Below are positions 10,511-20,181 of a stretch of 61,690 nucleotides of DNA, piece after piece; positions within the stretch are counted from its first letter, which is position 1, and every line of letters starts with the position of its first letter. The position numbers and the translations under genes were made by a program. Under the pieces are notes generated by a model. That model made no database searches, was not told where the DNA came from, and worked only from the letters and a program-made list of their open reading frames with translations. The stretch comes from Candidatus Thorarchaeota archaeon (GTDB lineage: Archaea > Asgardarchaeota > Thorarchaeia > Thorarchaeales > Thorarchaeaceae): assembly GCA_029855935.1 (NCBI GenBank), contig JAGSHN010000003.1:1-61690 (forward strand), written 5' to 3'.

Positions 10511-11584
10511 TCAGTCTATGCCGACAACCTGCTTGTACAGTCTCAGCGCGAGGTCCGGGTCGGTCACGCCCTTCACGACTGCGGTGCCGCGTCGCATGAC
10601 AGTCACAGTCACCCCATCCTGCATGTCCACAGCGACGAACAGCCTACTCCTCTTCACTCTGTAGGTCTTCTCCTCCATTCTCGAAGCTATCTCCTCAAGG
10701 TCAAGGGAGAGGTCCTCTGGTGGCGTTATGTTGAAGCTGTTCGTACACAGCATAGTCACAGTTATGTCATCGCTCATCTCCGGTTCTACCTCCCCCGGTG
10801 CGGAGCACACCGGACAGTTCTCCGCCCGGCCTATCTCGAAGGACTCTAACGAGAGGGATCTGATGTCCGCGTGCAGCAGGCGTCCTGCGAGGTTCGGTCT
10901 GCGCCCTGTGGCGAGCAGCACCGCCTCTTGGACCTCAATGGCACCGACCATCTCGAGTATGGTTGGCGTCACACCCACCACAGCGCACGTCCTCTCGGGG
11001 TCGTCCCTGGCATCGCCAAGCAGACAGTGCAGGCATCCGGTCTCGCCTGGTATGAATGTCGATGCGTTGCCGTAGTACTCAATCGCACCGGCATAGACAT
11101 AGGGGATGCCCAGCCTCTGCGTGGCAATGTTGACAATTCGTCGGGCGTGGATGGTGTCAAGGCCGTCAAGGACCATATCACTCCCGTGCAGCAGCTCCTC
11201 GGCGTTCCTCGGCGTGATTGAGTCGAGGACAGGATCGAGTCTCACATCGGGATTGACCGCCGCAAGCCTCTCGACAGCAGCCTCGACCTTTGGTCTGCCG
11301 ATGTCCTCGGTTGTGTAGATCGTCTGCCTCTGCAGATTGGACAGGTCGACGATGTCGTGGTCAATCACCCTGATGGTGCCGAAGCCTATGGCCGTCAACA
11401 GTCTCAGGACGGGGCTTCCCAGCCCGCCAGCACCGACAACAGTGACAGCAGTCCTCCTTATCCTCTCTAGGTCGTCTCTCGAGAAGTCGCGGAGCGCGAG
11501 CATGCGTGAGTACCGCTCAAGGGATATGTCCTTGGTCTTCATGGCCTCTGACACTGCCACGTCACCACTACTCTTAACTGACAT
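10511..11584 (-). CDS. moeB: ThiF/MoeB/HesA-family E1-like adenylyltransferase with C-terminal extension
   Basis: RYSR, GAGGLGS, DLSNLQRQ, CLHC and CPVC zinc sites; last gene of the Moco operon. Confidence 0.85.
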   Translation of the reverse strand: MSVKSSGDVAVSEAMKTKDISLERYSRMLALRDFSRDDLERIRRTAVTVVGAGGLGSPVLRLLTAIGFGTIRVIDHDIVDLSNLQRQTIYTTEDIGRPKVEAAVERLAAVNPDVRLDPVLDSITPRNAEELLHGSDMVLDGLDTIHARRIVNIATQRLGIPYVYAGAIEYYGNASTFIPGETGCLHCLLGDARDDPERTCAVVGVTPTILEMVGAIEVQEAVLLATGRRPNLAGRLLHADIRSLSLESFEIGRAENCPVCSAPGEVEPEMSDDITVTMLCTNSFNITPPEDLSLDLEEIASRMEEKTYRVKRSRLFVAVDMQDGVTVTVMRRGTAVVKGVTDPDLALRLYKQVVGID

Positions 11585-11599
11585 GCTGTGGGCGTCGGC

Positions 11600-12823
11600 T
11601 CAGTCAAAGAGTGTGACCTCTATCTCCTCGCCCTCCTCAAGCACGTCGAGATTGACCGGCAGGATGACGTAGCCATCCGCCCTCGACATGCTTGTGATGG
11701 CACCCGAGTGCTTGTACACGACGTGCGCGACCCCGTTCTCAATCCTCACTGTCAGAAACTGTTTCCGACCTGACGAGGAGACGTATCGCTTTGCCATCCT
11801 TGCGGTCACGGTCTGGGGTCTCCTCGGGGGGAGCCTCGCCAGCCTCCTGATGGCCGGGACGAGAAAGATGTACGCATTACTGAGACACGAGGTCGGATAG
11901 CCCGGCATGCCGAGGACAGGAGTGCCGTCCACCACCGCCAGCAGTGTGGGCTTCCCCGGCTTGATCTGTACGCCGTGGAAGAGTATCTCCCCCATCTCCT
12001 CGAGGACATGTACCATCATGTCCTTCTCTCCCACCGATGAGCCACCCGAGAGCACGACCAGGTCGGAGTCCAGCGACTCCACGACGGCCTGACGGAGCGC
12101 GTCGTAGTCGTCCTCGACAATGGGGTGCCTTCTGACGGTCGCGCCATTCTGCCTGAGGATGGCCTCGAGGGTGTACGAGTTGACATCGTAGATCTGTCCC
12201 GGGGCGAGCTCTCCTCCCGGCGCCACGACCTCATGTCCTGTCGGTATGACGCTGACAACGGGTCTCTGGAAGACCTCCACCTCAGTGAGACCGAGTGCGG
12301 CGAGCACCCCCACTCGTGCGGGCGTCAGATACGTCCCTCTCGTCAGCACCACGTCGCCAGTCCTGATGTCCTCCCCCGCCCGTGAGATGTTGGCCCCAGG
12401 ATAGACGGGTCTCACGATGGCGACAACATTGTCATCGCGCCGTTCCGTATACTCCACCATGACGACAGCATCCGCGCCTGTCGGGAGAGGGGCGCCCGTC
12501 GCCACCTGCACACAGGTCCCTCTCGAGACGGTGATATCCGGCTGTGTGCCTGCATGAACCTCACCGACCACACGTAGAGTCACTTCGTTCTCGATGGACG
12601 CGCCAAAGGTGTCCTCCGCGCGCACGGCATAACCGTCCATTGCAGCCCTGTCGAATGGTGGCACGTCCCCTGTGGAGACAACGTCCTGACCGAGGACGCG
12701 TCCCACGGCCTCACCTATCTTGGTGATGCGTTCAGTCCTCTCGACTGGTGTGACACTCGACAACAGCAGTCTCTCGGCCTCCTCGTGTGAGACCAGCAGC
12801 CTGAACGGGCTCATCCCTGTCAT
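11600..12823 (-). CDS. moeA: Molybdopterin molybdo/tungsto-transferase MoeA
   Basis: PPFDRAAMDGYAV, TGAPLP.GADAVVMVE, SGGSSVGEKD, KPGKP, GMPGYP. Confidence 0.95.
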   Translation of the reverse strand: MTGMSPFRLLVSHEEAERLLLSSVTPVERTERITKIGEAVGRVLGQDVVSTGDVPPFDRAAMDGYAVRAEDTFGASIENEVTLRVVGEVHAGTQPDITVSRGTCVQVATGAPLPTGADAVVMVEYTERRDDNVVAIVRPVYPGANISRAGEDIRTGDVVLTRGTYLTPARVGVLAALGLTEVEVFQRPVVSVIPTGHEVVAPGGELAPGQIYDVNSYTLEAILRQNGATVRRHPIVEDDYDALRQAVVESLDSDLVVLSGGSSVGEKDMMVHVLEEMGEILFHGVQIKPGKPTLLAVVDGTPVLGMPGYPTSCLSNAYIFLVPAIRRLARLPPRRPQTVTARMAKRYVSSSGRKQFLTVRIENGVAHVVYKHSGAITSMSRADGYVILPVNLDVLEEGEEIEVTLFD

Positions 12824-13342
12824 CTATCTCCTGTCCACCTCCCAGAGCAGGTGCCCAATCCCGGGCAGTATTATCCTCTCCAGTGCGAGTCGCACGGCGC
12901 CTGTGGACCCCGGAAGACAGTACACCACAGTCTTGCCGGCGAGTCCTGCTGCAGCCCTGCTGTAGACCCCCGGCAGACCGACCTCCTCATAGCTCAGCCT
13001 GCGGAAGAGCTCTCCAAAACCCGGCAGGGCCTTGTCGAACAGCACCTCGACTGTGTCGACTGTCAGGTCTCTTCGTCCCACACCGGTGCCGCCTGTGGTC
13101 ACTATGACACGTACCTCCGGGTTGGCGACGAGTCGCTTCACAGTCGTCAGTATCGTCGCCCCGTGGTTTGGGACTATGTCATGGGCAATCACTCTGTGTC
13201 CTGCGGCCTCTATCATCTCCATAGCCATCTGTCCGGACCTGTCGGTCTCGGGCGTCCGGCTGTCGCTGATCGTCAGGACGGCAAAGCCAGTCCGTATCTG
13301 TTGATCTCTTCTGTGTCCGTCCTCGTGTCCGTGTTCACTCAA
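12824..13342 (-). CDS. moaB: Molybdopterin adenylyltransferase MoaB/MogA
   Basis: LTISDSR...DRSG, TTGGTG...RDLT, LPGFGELFR, LPGS. Start TTG 13342. Confidence 0.9.
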   Translation of the reverse strand: MSEHGHEDGHRRDQQIRTGFAVLTISDSRTPETDRSGQMAMEMIEAAGHRVIAHDIVPNHGATILTTVKRLVANPEVRVIVTTGGTGVGRRDLTVDTVEVLFDKALPGFGELFRRLSYEEVGLPGVYSRAAAGLAGKTVVYCLPGSTGAVRLALERIILPGIGHLLWEVDRR

Positions 13343-13823
13343 CTCTGACCTTCTCCTTCCGGACCACTCTGATGTCCTCAAGCCGAGCGGTCGGGTACTG
13401 CCCGTTCTCGTCCTTCTCAAGATATTTGACCATGTCCCAGATACTGAGCAGAGCAACTGTCACACCCGTGAGTGCCTCCATCTCGACACCAGTTGTGTAT
13501 CTCGCCCGGACGGTACATCTCGCCTCAACGTACTTGTCCCCGAACTCGAACGCAAGCTGGACGGATGTGAGCGGGATCTGATGACAGAGCGGTATCAGCT
13601 CTGCAGTCCTCTTTGCCGCCTGCAGTCCCGCGATCTCGGCGACGGTGAGGACGTCCCCCTTCTTTGTCCGTCCCTCACGCATAGCCGTCACGGTATCGGC
13701 CTGCAGGACGATACGTCCTCTTGCCTCCGCCTCCCTGTATGACTGCACCTTGTCCGTCACATCGACCATTCTGACGGGGTCCTCTCTATTCACCGGAATC
13801 ACCCTCTCCACTGCTGTTGCCAC
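13335..13823 (-). CDS. moaC: Cyclic pyranopterin monophosphate synthase MoaC
   Basis: MVDVTDK, KGDVL..A.IAG..AAKRT.ELIPLCH, TGVEMEAL, IWDMVK. Confidence 0.95.
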   Translation of the reverse strand: MATAVERVIPVNREDPVRMVDVTDKVQSYREAEARGRIVLQADTVTAMREGRTKKGDVLTVAEIAGLQAAKRTAELIPLCHQIPLTSVQLAFEFGDKYVEARCTVRARYTTGVEMEALTGVTVALLSIWDMVKYLEKDENGQYPTARLEDIRVVRKEKVRVE

Positions 13824-14238
13824 TGACCCAGACCTCTCCAGACTCCCTGAACTCCTTCTTCCAGATGAGCGCCCTCCTCTTCAGCTCCTCAATGACGTAT
13901 CTACAGCCTCTGAATGCCTCATCACGGTGCGCCGCGCCCACGACTATCAGCACGATGTCCTCACCGACACTAAGAGCGCCCTGTCGGTGGACGATGGAGA
14001 CATCGGTCACTCCGAACCTCTCGATGGCCTCCTCTCTTATCCTTCTCAGCTCTGCGACGGCGATGTCCTCCTCCACCTCGAACTCGAGGCCACGCACTCT
14101 CTCGCCATCACTGACATCCCGGACAACGCCGAGGAACATGACAGCACAGCCCATCTCTGGACGCAGGGTCTCCCTGATGACTCTCTCAATCTCCAGCCCA
14201 CCGTCTGCTATCTCGATCACGGTACGTTCACTCTCCAC
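13786..14238 (-). CDS. moaE: Molybdopterin synthase catalytic subunit MoaE
   Basis: G...F.GVVR, HRQG.L.VGE, AHRDEAF, K....IWKKE. Confidence 0.92.
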   Translation of the reverse strand: MESERTVIEIADGGLEIERVIRETLRPEMGCAVMFLGVVRDVSDGERVRGLEFEVEEDIAVAELRRIREEAIERFGVTDVSIVHRQGALSVGEDIVLIVVGAAHRDEAFRGCRYVIEELKRRALIWKKEFRESGEVWVSGNSSGEGDSGE

Positions 14239-15229
14239 GGTAGTAGGGCTCCCTCCGACACACCGCCTCCTCTATCGCCCTCAAGACCTCCTCGTCCGAC
14301 ATGCTGTGAAGACTCCCTCCCACATCGACGAGATTGTCAGACCTCAACAGACAGGGCTTGAGTCTCCCGTCAGAGGTGACACGGAGGCGTGTGCAGGCGC
14401 TGCAGAACTCGTTGTTGTGCAGTGGTTTGACGAACTCCACCCTGACCGTGCCACTACCATCCACCAGCAGTTCGTACTGCATCCTCCCGTGGAGCCGGCG
14501 TCTGGTCACTCTCAGCGCCCTTCTGCGGACCTCCTCCTCGATCTCCGAGAGGCCGAACCACAGCCCCCGTATCCACTCAGGGCCGTCCGGCATCGGCTGT
14601 AGCTCGATGAGCTGCAGGATGGCACCAACGGACGCCGCATACCGCAGCATTGCAGGTATGTCCCTCTCGTTGTATCCCCTCAGCACCGTCATATTGATCT
14701 TCACTGGTGACAGCCCGACCTGCACGGCCCTCTCAATCCCCCTCTTGACCTCGTCTATGTCGTCAGTACCGGTGATCCTGAGATGTGTCTCCCTGTCCAG
14801 AGTGTGCAGGCTGACGTTGACGCGGTTCAGGCCTGCATCTGCAAGGTCCTGAGCAAGGACTGCAAGACGAGAGCCGTTCGTCGTCAGTGATAGGTCCTCG
14901 ACGAGAGGAGCGATGCGCCTGACGATCTCCACTATGTCATCTCGTACAAGTGCCTCGCCACCCGTGAGCTTGACTCTTCTGACCCCCTGTCGTGCAGCGA
15001 CGCGCACTATCCTCTCTATCTCACCCGGTGTCATCTCCTCTCCCGGGAAGCGTTCTCCCTCCCTGTGACAGAAGAAGCACTGGTGGTCACAGCGCTGCGT
15101 CACTGATATTCTGAGATAGTCCACGGGCCGCCCGAACCTGTCAATGAGGCCGACCTGCCCGTGTGAGATGCACCGGTCCGCCTCGCTTGTCGGTGGGGTC
15201 ATTGTGTTGTCCAACTCCGGCGCCTCCAA
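14228..15229 (-). CDS. moaA: GTP 3',8-cyclase MoaA (radical SAM)
   Basis: DRFGR....LRISVTQRCDHQCFFCHREG, TGGE, FCSACTRLRVTSDG.LKPCL. Confidence 0.95.
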   Translation of the reverse strand: MEAPELDNTMTPPTSEADRCISHGQVGLIDRFGRPVDYLRISVTQRCDHQCFFCHREGERFPGEEMTPGEIERIVRVAARQGVRRVKLTGGEALVRDDIVEIVRRIAPLVEDLSLTTNGSRLAVLAQDLADAGLNRVNVSLHTLDRETHLRITGTDDIDEVKRGIERAVQVGLSPVKINMTVLRGYNERDIPAMLRYAASVGAILQLIELQPMPDGPEWIRGLWFGLSEIEEEVRRRALRVTRRRLHGRMQYELLVDGSGTVRVEFVKPLHNNEFCSACTRLRVTSDGRLKPCLLRSDNLVDVGGSLHSMSDEEVLRAIEEAVCRREPYYRGE

Positions 15230-15237
15230 GATAACTG

Positions 15238-16368
15238 TTATGATTGGTCGTGCATCTCGGCTCGATGAGCACCCGCGCCACCATAGACCGAGACAGACGA
15301 CACCTTGAACGTCACGAACACATTGTCGCCCGTAGAGACCTGAAGCCTGTCGAGCGACTCTCTTGTGATCAGCGCGACCAGCGGTACGCCCACGTCGACA
15401 GTCAGTCGCACCACAGAGTCATCGGTGTCAATGGCCGCGACACGTCCTCTCAGGCAGTTCCTCGCACTTGACAGCACGGGCGCCGTCGAGACTATCACGT
15501 CCTCTGGAGGTATCCGGATGGTCATCTCACCGGTGAGGTCGGTGGCCACATCCAGAGTGATGCTGTCGTTGTCGAGCAGCCTGACCGTGGTGAGATGCAG
15601 CCCGGCACCACCGCTGACATCCCTCACGGTCACCGCCCTGAACACGTTACACACGCCGTCCCTGAGAGCGATGTCCTCCAGCTGGGAGATGAGCAGGTCT
15701 CTTGAGTGCAATGTGGACTCGACGCGTCCACAGCTCATCACGGTCACCCGGTCAGCCAGTCTGGATATCTGCAGGATGTCGTGTGATGCGATGATCACCG
15801 TGGTGCCGCGCTCGTGCTGCAGCTCGTGCAGTGTGGCCTCGACCACTGCAACCCCGTCCCTGTCCAGATAGGCTGTCGGCTCGTCGAGGACGAGTACCTC
15901 AGGGTCGGTCACGAGCGCCATCGCGATGGAGACGCGCCTCTGCTCGCCACCGGAGAGAGAGCGCGCGTGCCTCTCGGCCAGCCCTGCGAGTCCAAGCATG
16001 TCGAGAGCCTCCCGTACACGATGACGTACCTTCTCCTCGGTCGCCCCTCTCGCCCTCAGCCCGTACGCCACGTTCTTGAACACTGTTGTGCCGAACAGGA
16101 CTGGCCTCTGAAAGACCATTGTCACAGCGTCACGGAGTGTGGCGAGGTCATCGGCACTGATAGGCTCCCCCCGGAGATAGACCTGCCCGCTGGTGGGCGC
16201 CAGCAGTCCGGCCACGACCCTGAGGAGCGTCGTCTTTCCAGCACCGTTGGGGCCGACCAGCGCGTGGCACTCGCCCCCTCTCAGGTCCAGTGTGACACTG
16301 TCGATGGCCCTGATGGGGCCAAAGTTCACAGTGACCTCACTGAGTCGTATCACTCCCAGAGCCACCAC
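15238..16368 (-). CDS. tupC: Tungstate ABC transporter ATP-binding protein with TOBE domains
   Basis: GPNGAGKT, LSGGE, LDEPT; C-terminal SSARN TOBE domain; in the tup operon. Confidence 0.85.
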   Translation of the reverse strand: MVALGVIRLSEVTVNFGPIRAIDSVTLDLRGGECHALVGPNGAGKTTLLRVVAGLLAPTSGQVYLRGEPISADDLATLRDAVTMVFQRPVLFGTTVFKNVAYGLRARGATEEKVRHRVREALDMLGLAGLAERHARSLSGGEQRRVSIAMALVTDPEVLVLDEPTAYLDRDGVAVVEATLHELQHERGTTVIIASHDILQISRLADRVTVMSCGRVESTLHSRDLLISQLEDIALRDGVCNVFRAVTVRDVSGGAGLHLTTVRLLDNDSITLDVATDLTGEMTIRIPPEDVIVSTAPVLSSARNCLRGRVAAIDTDDSVVRLTVDVGVPLVALITRESLDRLQVSTGDNVFVTFKVSSVSVYGGAGAHRAEMHDQS

Positions 16369-17012
16369 CTCACTCGTCGCTCTGCGGCGTTGAGTATCAG
16401 ATTGAATGAGATCATCAGTGTCAGCAGTATGACGGTGAGACTGAGACCGAGTACGATCTCGCCCCGGGTGGTCTCCAGTGCTATTGATGTGGTCAACACC
16501 CTTGTCAGGCCCTGGAGATTACCCCCGACCATCAGTGCGACGCCCAGCTCTGAGATCGCGCGGCTGAAGCTTGCTGAGAAGGCGAGGACGATGCCGCCAA
16601 GCGACTCGCGCATCACGGAGAACACGGCCTCCCGCTCATCCGCCCCCAGTGTCAGTGCCAGGTCGCGGATGGACGGACTCACGTTCTCGACGGTCTCTGT
16701 CGTGATACTCACCATTATCGGCAGCACGAGGAGCGCCTGTCCGATGATCAGTGCCATTGGAGTGTAGAGTAGGCGCAGGAACCCCAGTGGACCGTTTCTT
16801 GAGAATGCAAGGTAGAGCAGGAGTCCGAGAGCCACCGTCGGCAGACTCATCAGTCCCCTGAAGAGGCCCGTCAGGGTGTCCCGTCCGCGGAACCTCCTCA
16901 GGCCCAGCACCACCCCGATGGGGAGGCCGATGGCCATCGCCACAAGGGCTGCAGCGCCTGATATCACCAGCGAGCGCAGTGTGATGGCCAGGATCTCGTC
17001 CTCTACCGTCAT
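16350..17012 (-). CDS. tupB: Tungstate ABC transporter permease
   Basis: LPTVALGL, GPLGFL.LLYTP, RAISELG...MVGGN....TRVLTT.I.LET. Confidence 0.9.
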   Translation of the reverse strand: MTVEDEILAITLRSLVISGAAALVAMAIGLPIGVVLGLRRFRGRDTLTGLFRGLMSLPTVALGLLLYLAFSRNGPLGFLRLLYTPMALIIGQALLVLPIMVSITTETVENVSPSIRDLALTLGADEREAVFSVMRESLGGIVLAFSASFSRAISELGVALMVGGNLQGLTRVLTTSIALETTRGEIVLGLSLTVILLTLMISFNLILNAAERRVRWWLWE

Positions 17013-17039
17013 TCGTCCATCTCTCCAGACCCTCTCGTG

Positions 17040-18038
17040 TCACGAGTACAGTCCATAGTCTCCGACCCTCCACGGGGGTGGACACTCGTACAGTGTGCCC
17101 TGATACTCGAAGAACGCGTACGAGCGGATCCACGAGGCGACCTCGGAATCACCTCCGCTCACGAGGACGCTCACAGCCGGGTTGAACAGTGGTCTGCCGA
17201 GGGTGTCCTGTCCGTACTCCGCAATGATGTTCTGTGCCTCTTCACTGACGAGATAGGTGATGAATCTCATTGCTCCCTCAAAGTTGACGTGCTGTATCCT
17301 CGTCCTGTTCACAGCAATCGCACTGTAGACGTTTATCAGCCTCTCATCGTTCTCCACAAGGTCTGCAAGCTGGATGAGTCCCTCCGCCTCGTACTTCAGG
17401 AACGTCCCGATGTCCGACAGTGTGTACAGCCTCTGCTCACTGGCCACCCTGAGGGTCGCCCCCATCCCGCTGCCCGAGGACACGAACCACGGCTCCTGTC
17501 TCAGCGTATCATAGTCGAGTCCCGTCTCTGCCCACAGGGCCTTCTCCTTCTGGTTCGTCCCGCTCATATCGTCGCGACTTACCCATACGGCCTGTCCTGA
17601 GGCCTGTCCGTATGCGGCTATCCGCTGCAGTGCCTCATCTGGTGTGGTGCCGTTGACCTGCGCCGGGTCCTCCTCGGGTCCGACGATGACGAAGAAGTTG
17701 TAGGCGAAGATCTTGCGGTTGACGCCATATCCCTCTGCCATGAACTGATGCTCGAGGTCAGGTGAGTGCACCAGCAGGGCGTCCACGTCGCCGTTCTTTG
17801 CATGCTCGATGGCGATGCCCGTGCCCGCCGAGATGAACGCGATGGTGACGCCCGGTTCTCGTCCCTCATAGTCCGCTCCGAGACGGTCGAGTAGGCCTGT
17901 GTCGTACAGGCTAGTTGTTGTGCCGATGTAGACGACCTGTCTCCGTGCAGCATACGCGAGATAGTAGTACGCGGCTACTGATCCGATCACCGTCAATGTG
18001 ACAACCACCGCCGCGACGAGTCTTCTCTCTCTTCTCAC
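17040..18038 (-). CDS. tupA: Tungstate ABC transporter substrate-binding protein
   Basis: TTTS motif (GTTTSLYDTGLL), GTG.A, LVH.P, SR.D.SGT..KE; N-terminal membrane anchor. Confidence 0.92.
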   Translation of the reverse strand: MRRERRLVAAVVVTLTVIGSVAAYYYLAYAARRQVVYIGTTTSLYDTGLLDRLGADYEGREPGVTIAFISAGTGIAIEHAKNGDVDALLVHSPDLEHQFMAEGYGVNRKIFAYNFFVIVGPEEDPAQVNGTTPDEALQRIAAYGQASGQAVWVSRDDMSGTNQKEKALWAETGLDYDTLRQEPWFVSSGSGMGATLRVASEQRLYTLSDIGTFLKYEAEGLIQLADLVENDERLINVYSAIAVNRTRIQHVNFEGAMRFITYLVSEEAQNIIAEYGQDTLGRPLFNPAVSVLVSGGDSEVASWIRSYAFFEYQGTLYECPPPWRVGDYGLYS

Positions 18039-18180
18039 GGGTCGTCATCCCCGTCATGTCCGGGGCTGCATGACGGTTTGCGTCCCCCTTTTACTTCTAT
18101 CGGCCAGGTCAAGGGCCCCCTCTGTCCGTCCGGCCAGTTGAGGCAGACTTATAGCCATCCTAAACAATAGTTAACAGACA

Positions 18181-19911
18181 GTGGCCAGCAAGATGACAGC
18201 GGACAGAGCGAGAGAGCGTGATGAGATCGACCTGAGGATACTCGGGATGACGTGTGATGGCTGCGCGACTCACGTGCGTGCGGCACTGACATCCGTGCCT
18301 GGGGTGCTCGATGTGGACATACCCAGCTGGCGGGCCGGACGCGGTCGGGTCGTGGTGCAACGCAGAGTGAGAGATGACGACCTTGTGCGTGCGGTCAGAG
18401 ACGCCGGATACGATGCCTCTGTGGAGTCGCGCCGACCACTACGGCAGGCGGAGCGGACGCGGGTCGAGCCCTCTCCCGGTGACACTGGCGGAACGGCATT
18501 CGATCTCATAGTCATAGGAACGGGTGGTGCGGGAATGGCCACAGCAATCCGCGCTGTGGAGATTGGAGCGCGCGTGGCAATAGTCGAGAGTGGTGTCATC
18601 GGTGGCACGTGCGTCAACATTGGCTGCATTCCCTCGAAGGTGCTGATGAGGGCTGCACAGGCCCTCACCATGGCGCGCAAGCCCCGCTTCAGGGGTGTCC
18701 ACGTTGGAGCGGTGACTGTGGACTGGCGCGAGATTGTGGCGCAGAAGGACGAGACTGTCCATATGCTCCGTCGTAAGAAGTACGTCGACGTGCTGGCCTC
18801 CTATGGTGACTCCATTCGCCTCTTCCGTGGTCGCGCGAGGATTGTGGGGGATGGCAGGGTCAGAGTCGGTGAGAACGGTCCCGTCCTGACGGCTCGTGGC
18901 ATTGTTGTCGCCACTGGCGCCCGTCCACGCATACTGGACATCCCGGGCATTGAGGGGGTGGACGTGTTGACCAGTACCTCCGTGATGGCAATGGACCGTC
19001 TCCCGGAGTCGATTGTCATCATTGGTGGACGCTCTGTCGCCCTTGAGATCGGTCACGTACTGACGAGGTTCGGGACGCGAACCATGATTCTACAGCGCAG
19101 CGGGCGCATCCTCCCCGACCACGAGCCTGAGATCTCCGACTCGCTGGCACAGTTCCTCCGCTCGGAGGGGATGGACATCGTGACTGGTGTCAGGCCCGTG
19201 TCAGTGAGGCAGGATGGCGAAGAAGTTGTGGTCACGGCAGAGGTGGGCGATGAGACGAGAGAGTTCCGTGCTGAACGGCTGATGATGGCCGTTGGACGTG
19301 TACCCAACACCTCGGGACTGGGTCTTGAGGAGGTCGGCGTGAGGCTGGACGACCGGGGGGATATCATCGTCGACGACAGGATGCGTACGTCGAACCCGCA
19401 CATCTTTGCCGCGGGCGATGTCGCGACTCTCCCCAAGTTCGTCTATGTTGCAGCCGCGTCGGGAAAGGTGGCTGCTGAGAACGCGCTCAGCGACTCTGAG
19501 ACAAGGCTCGACCTGTCGGTGATGCCGAGCGTGACCTTCACCGACCCTCAGGTGGCGATGGTGGGTCTGACGCAGCGACAGGCAGAGGCGCAGGGTCTCG
19601 GTGTGACGACAACACTCCTTGATTTGGAGCACGTCCCACGCGCTGTGACCTCACAGGACACACGCGGCCTGATCAAGATGGTCGTCGACAGTGCGACACG
19701 ACGCCTTCTCGGGGCGCACATTCTGGCCGCAGAGGCTGGTGAGATCGTACAGACTGCCTCTATTGCCATTGCGATGGGCCATAGATATGGCCTGACTGTG
19801 GATGCACTCACCGGGATGCTGTTCCCGTATCTGACGATGATGGAGGGCATCAAGCTGGCAGCACTGTCGCTGGACAAGGACGTCTCCCAGCTCTCCTGCT
19901 GTGCCGGGTAG
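18181..19911 (+). CDS. merA: Mercuric reductase MerA with N-terminal HMA (NmerA) domain
   Basis: GMTCDGC; redox-active GGTCVNIGCIPSK; FVYVAA; FPYLT; C-terminal SCCAG. Confidence 0.93.
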   Translation: MASKMTADRARERDEIDLRILGMTCDGCATHVRAALTSVPGVLDVDIPSWRAGRGRVVVQRRVRDDDLVRAVRDAGYDASVESRRPLRQAERTRVEPSPGDTGGTAFDLIVIGTGGAGMATAIRAVEIGARVAIVESGVIGGTCVNIGCIPSKVLMRAAQALTMARKPRFRGVHVGAVTVDWREIVAQKDETVHMLRRKKYVDVLASYGDSIRLFRGRARIVGDGRVRVGENGPVLTARGIVVATGARPRILDIPGIEGVDVLTSTSVMAMDRLPESIVIIGGRSVALEIGHVLTRFGTRTMILQRSGRILPDHEPEISDSLAQFLRSEGMDIVTGVRPVSVRQDGEEVVVTAEVGDETREFRAERLMMAVGRVPNTSGLGLEEVGVRLDDRGDIIVDDRMRTSNPHIFAAGDVATLPKFVYVAAASGKVAAENALSDSETRLDLSVMPSVTFTDPQVAMVGLTQRQAEAQGLGVTTTLLDLEHVPRAVTSQDTRGLIKMVVDSATRRLLGAHILAAEAGEIVQTASIAIAMGHRYGLTVDALTGMLFPYLTMMEGIKLAALSLDKDVSQLSCCAG

Positions 19912-19982
19912 GCCCATCATCTCTCACGATGCGGGGATGGCGCCTCAACAGATGCGTCAGGGCTCCTCTGTCGGGCGTGGAG

Positions 19983-20020
19983 TTCGACAATTGTCGAAGG
20001 CCCGAAAACCTAATAATTGC
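19983..20020 (+). promoter_or_regulatory. Perfect 16-bp palindrome (TTCGACAATTGTCGAA) followed by a BRE/TATA-like element
   Basis: The palindrome at 19983-19998 is directly visible; GAAAACCTAATAATT follows at about 20005-20018, upstream of the opine dehydrogenase operon. Confidence 0.55.
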
Positions 20021-20181
20021 ATCCGAGAATCAAAGATTGGGACTTGCTGCATTGCGCGACCCGTCCAGGGGACGGGGACTTGGACCCCCGCATAGAGGCT
20101 GACTCCACTCAGGATGTGTGACGTACATCAGAGCAGCTGGCGTGGGCCCAAGGTGAGGCGCACACCACGGAGGTATAGGTC

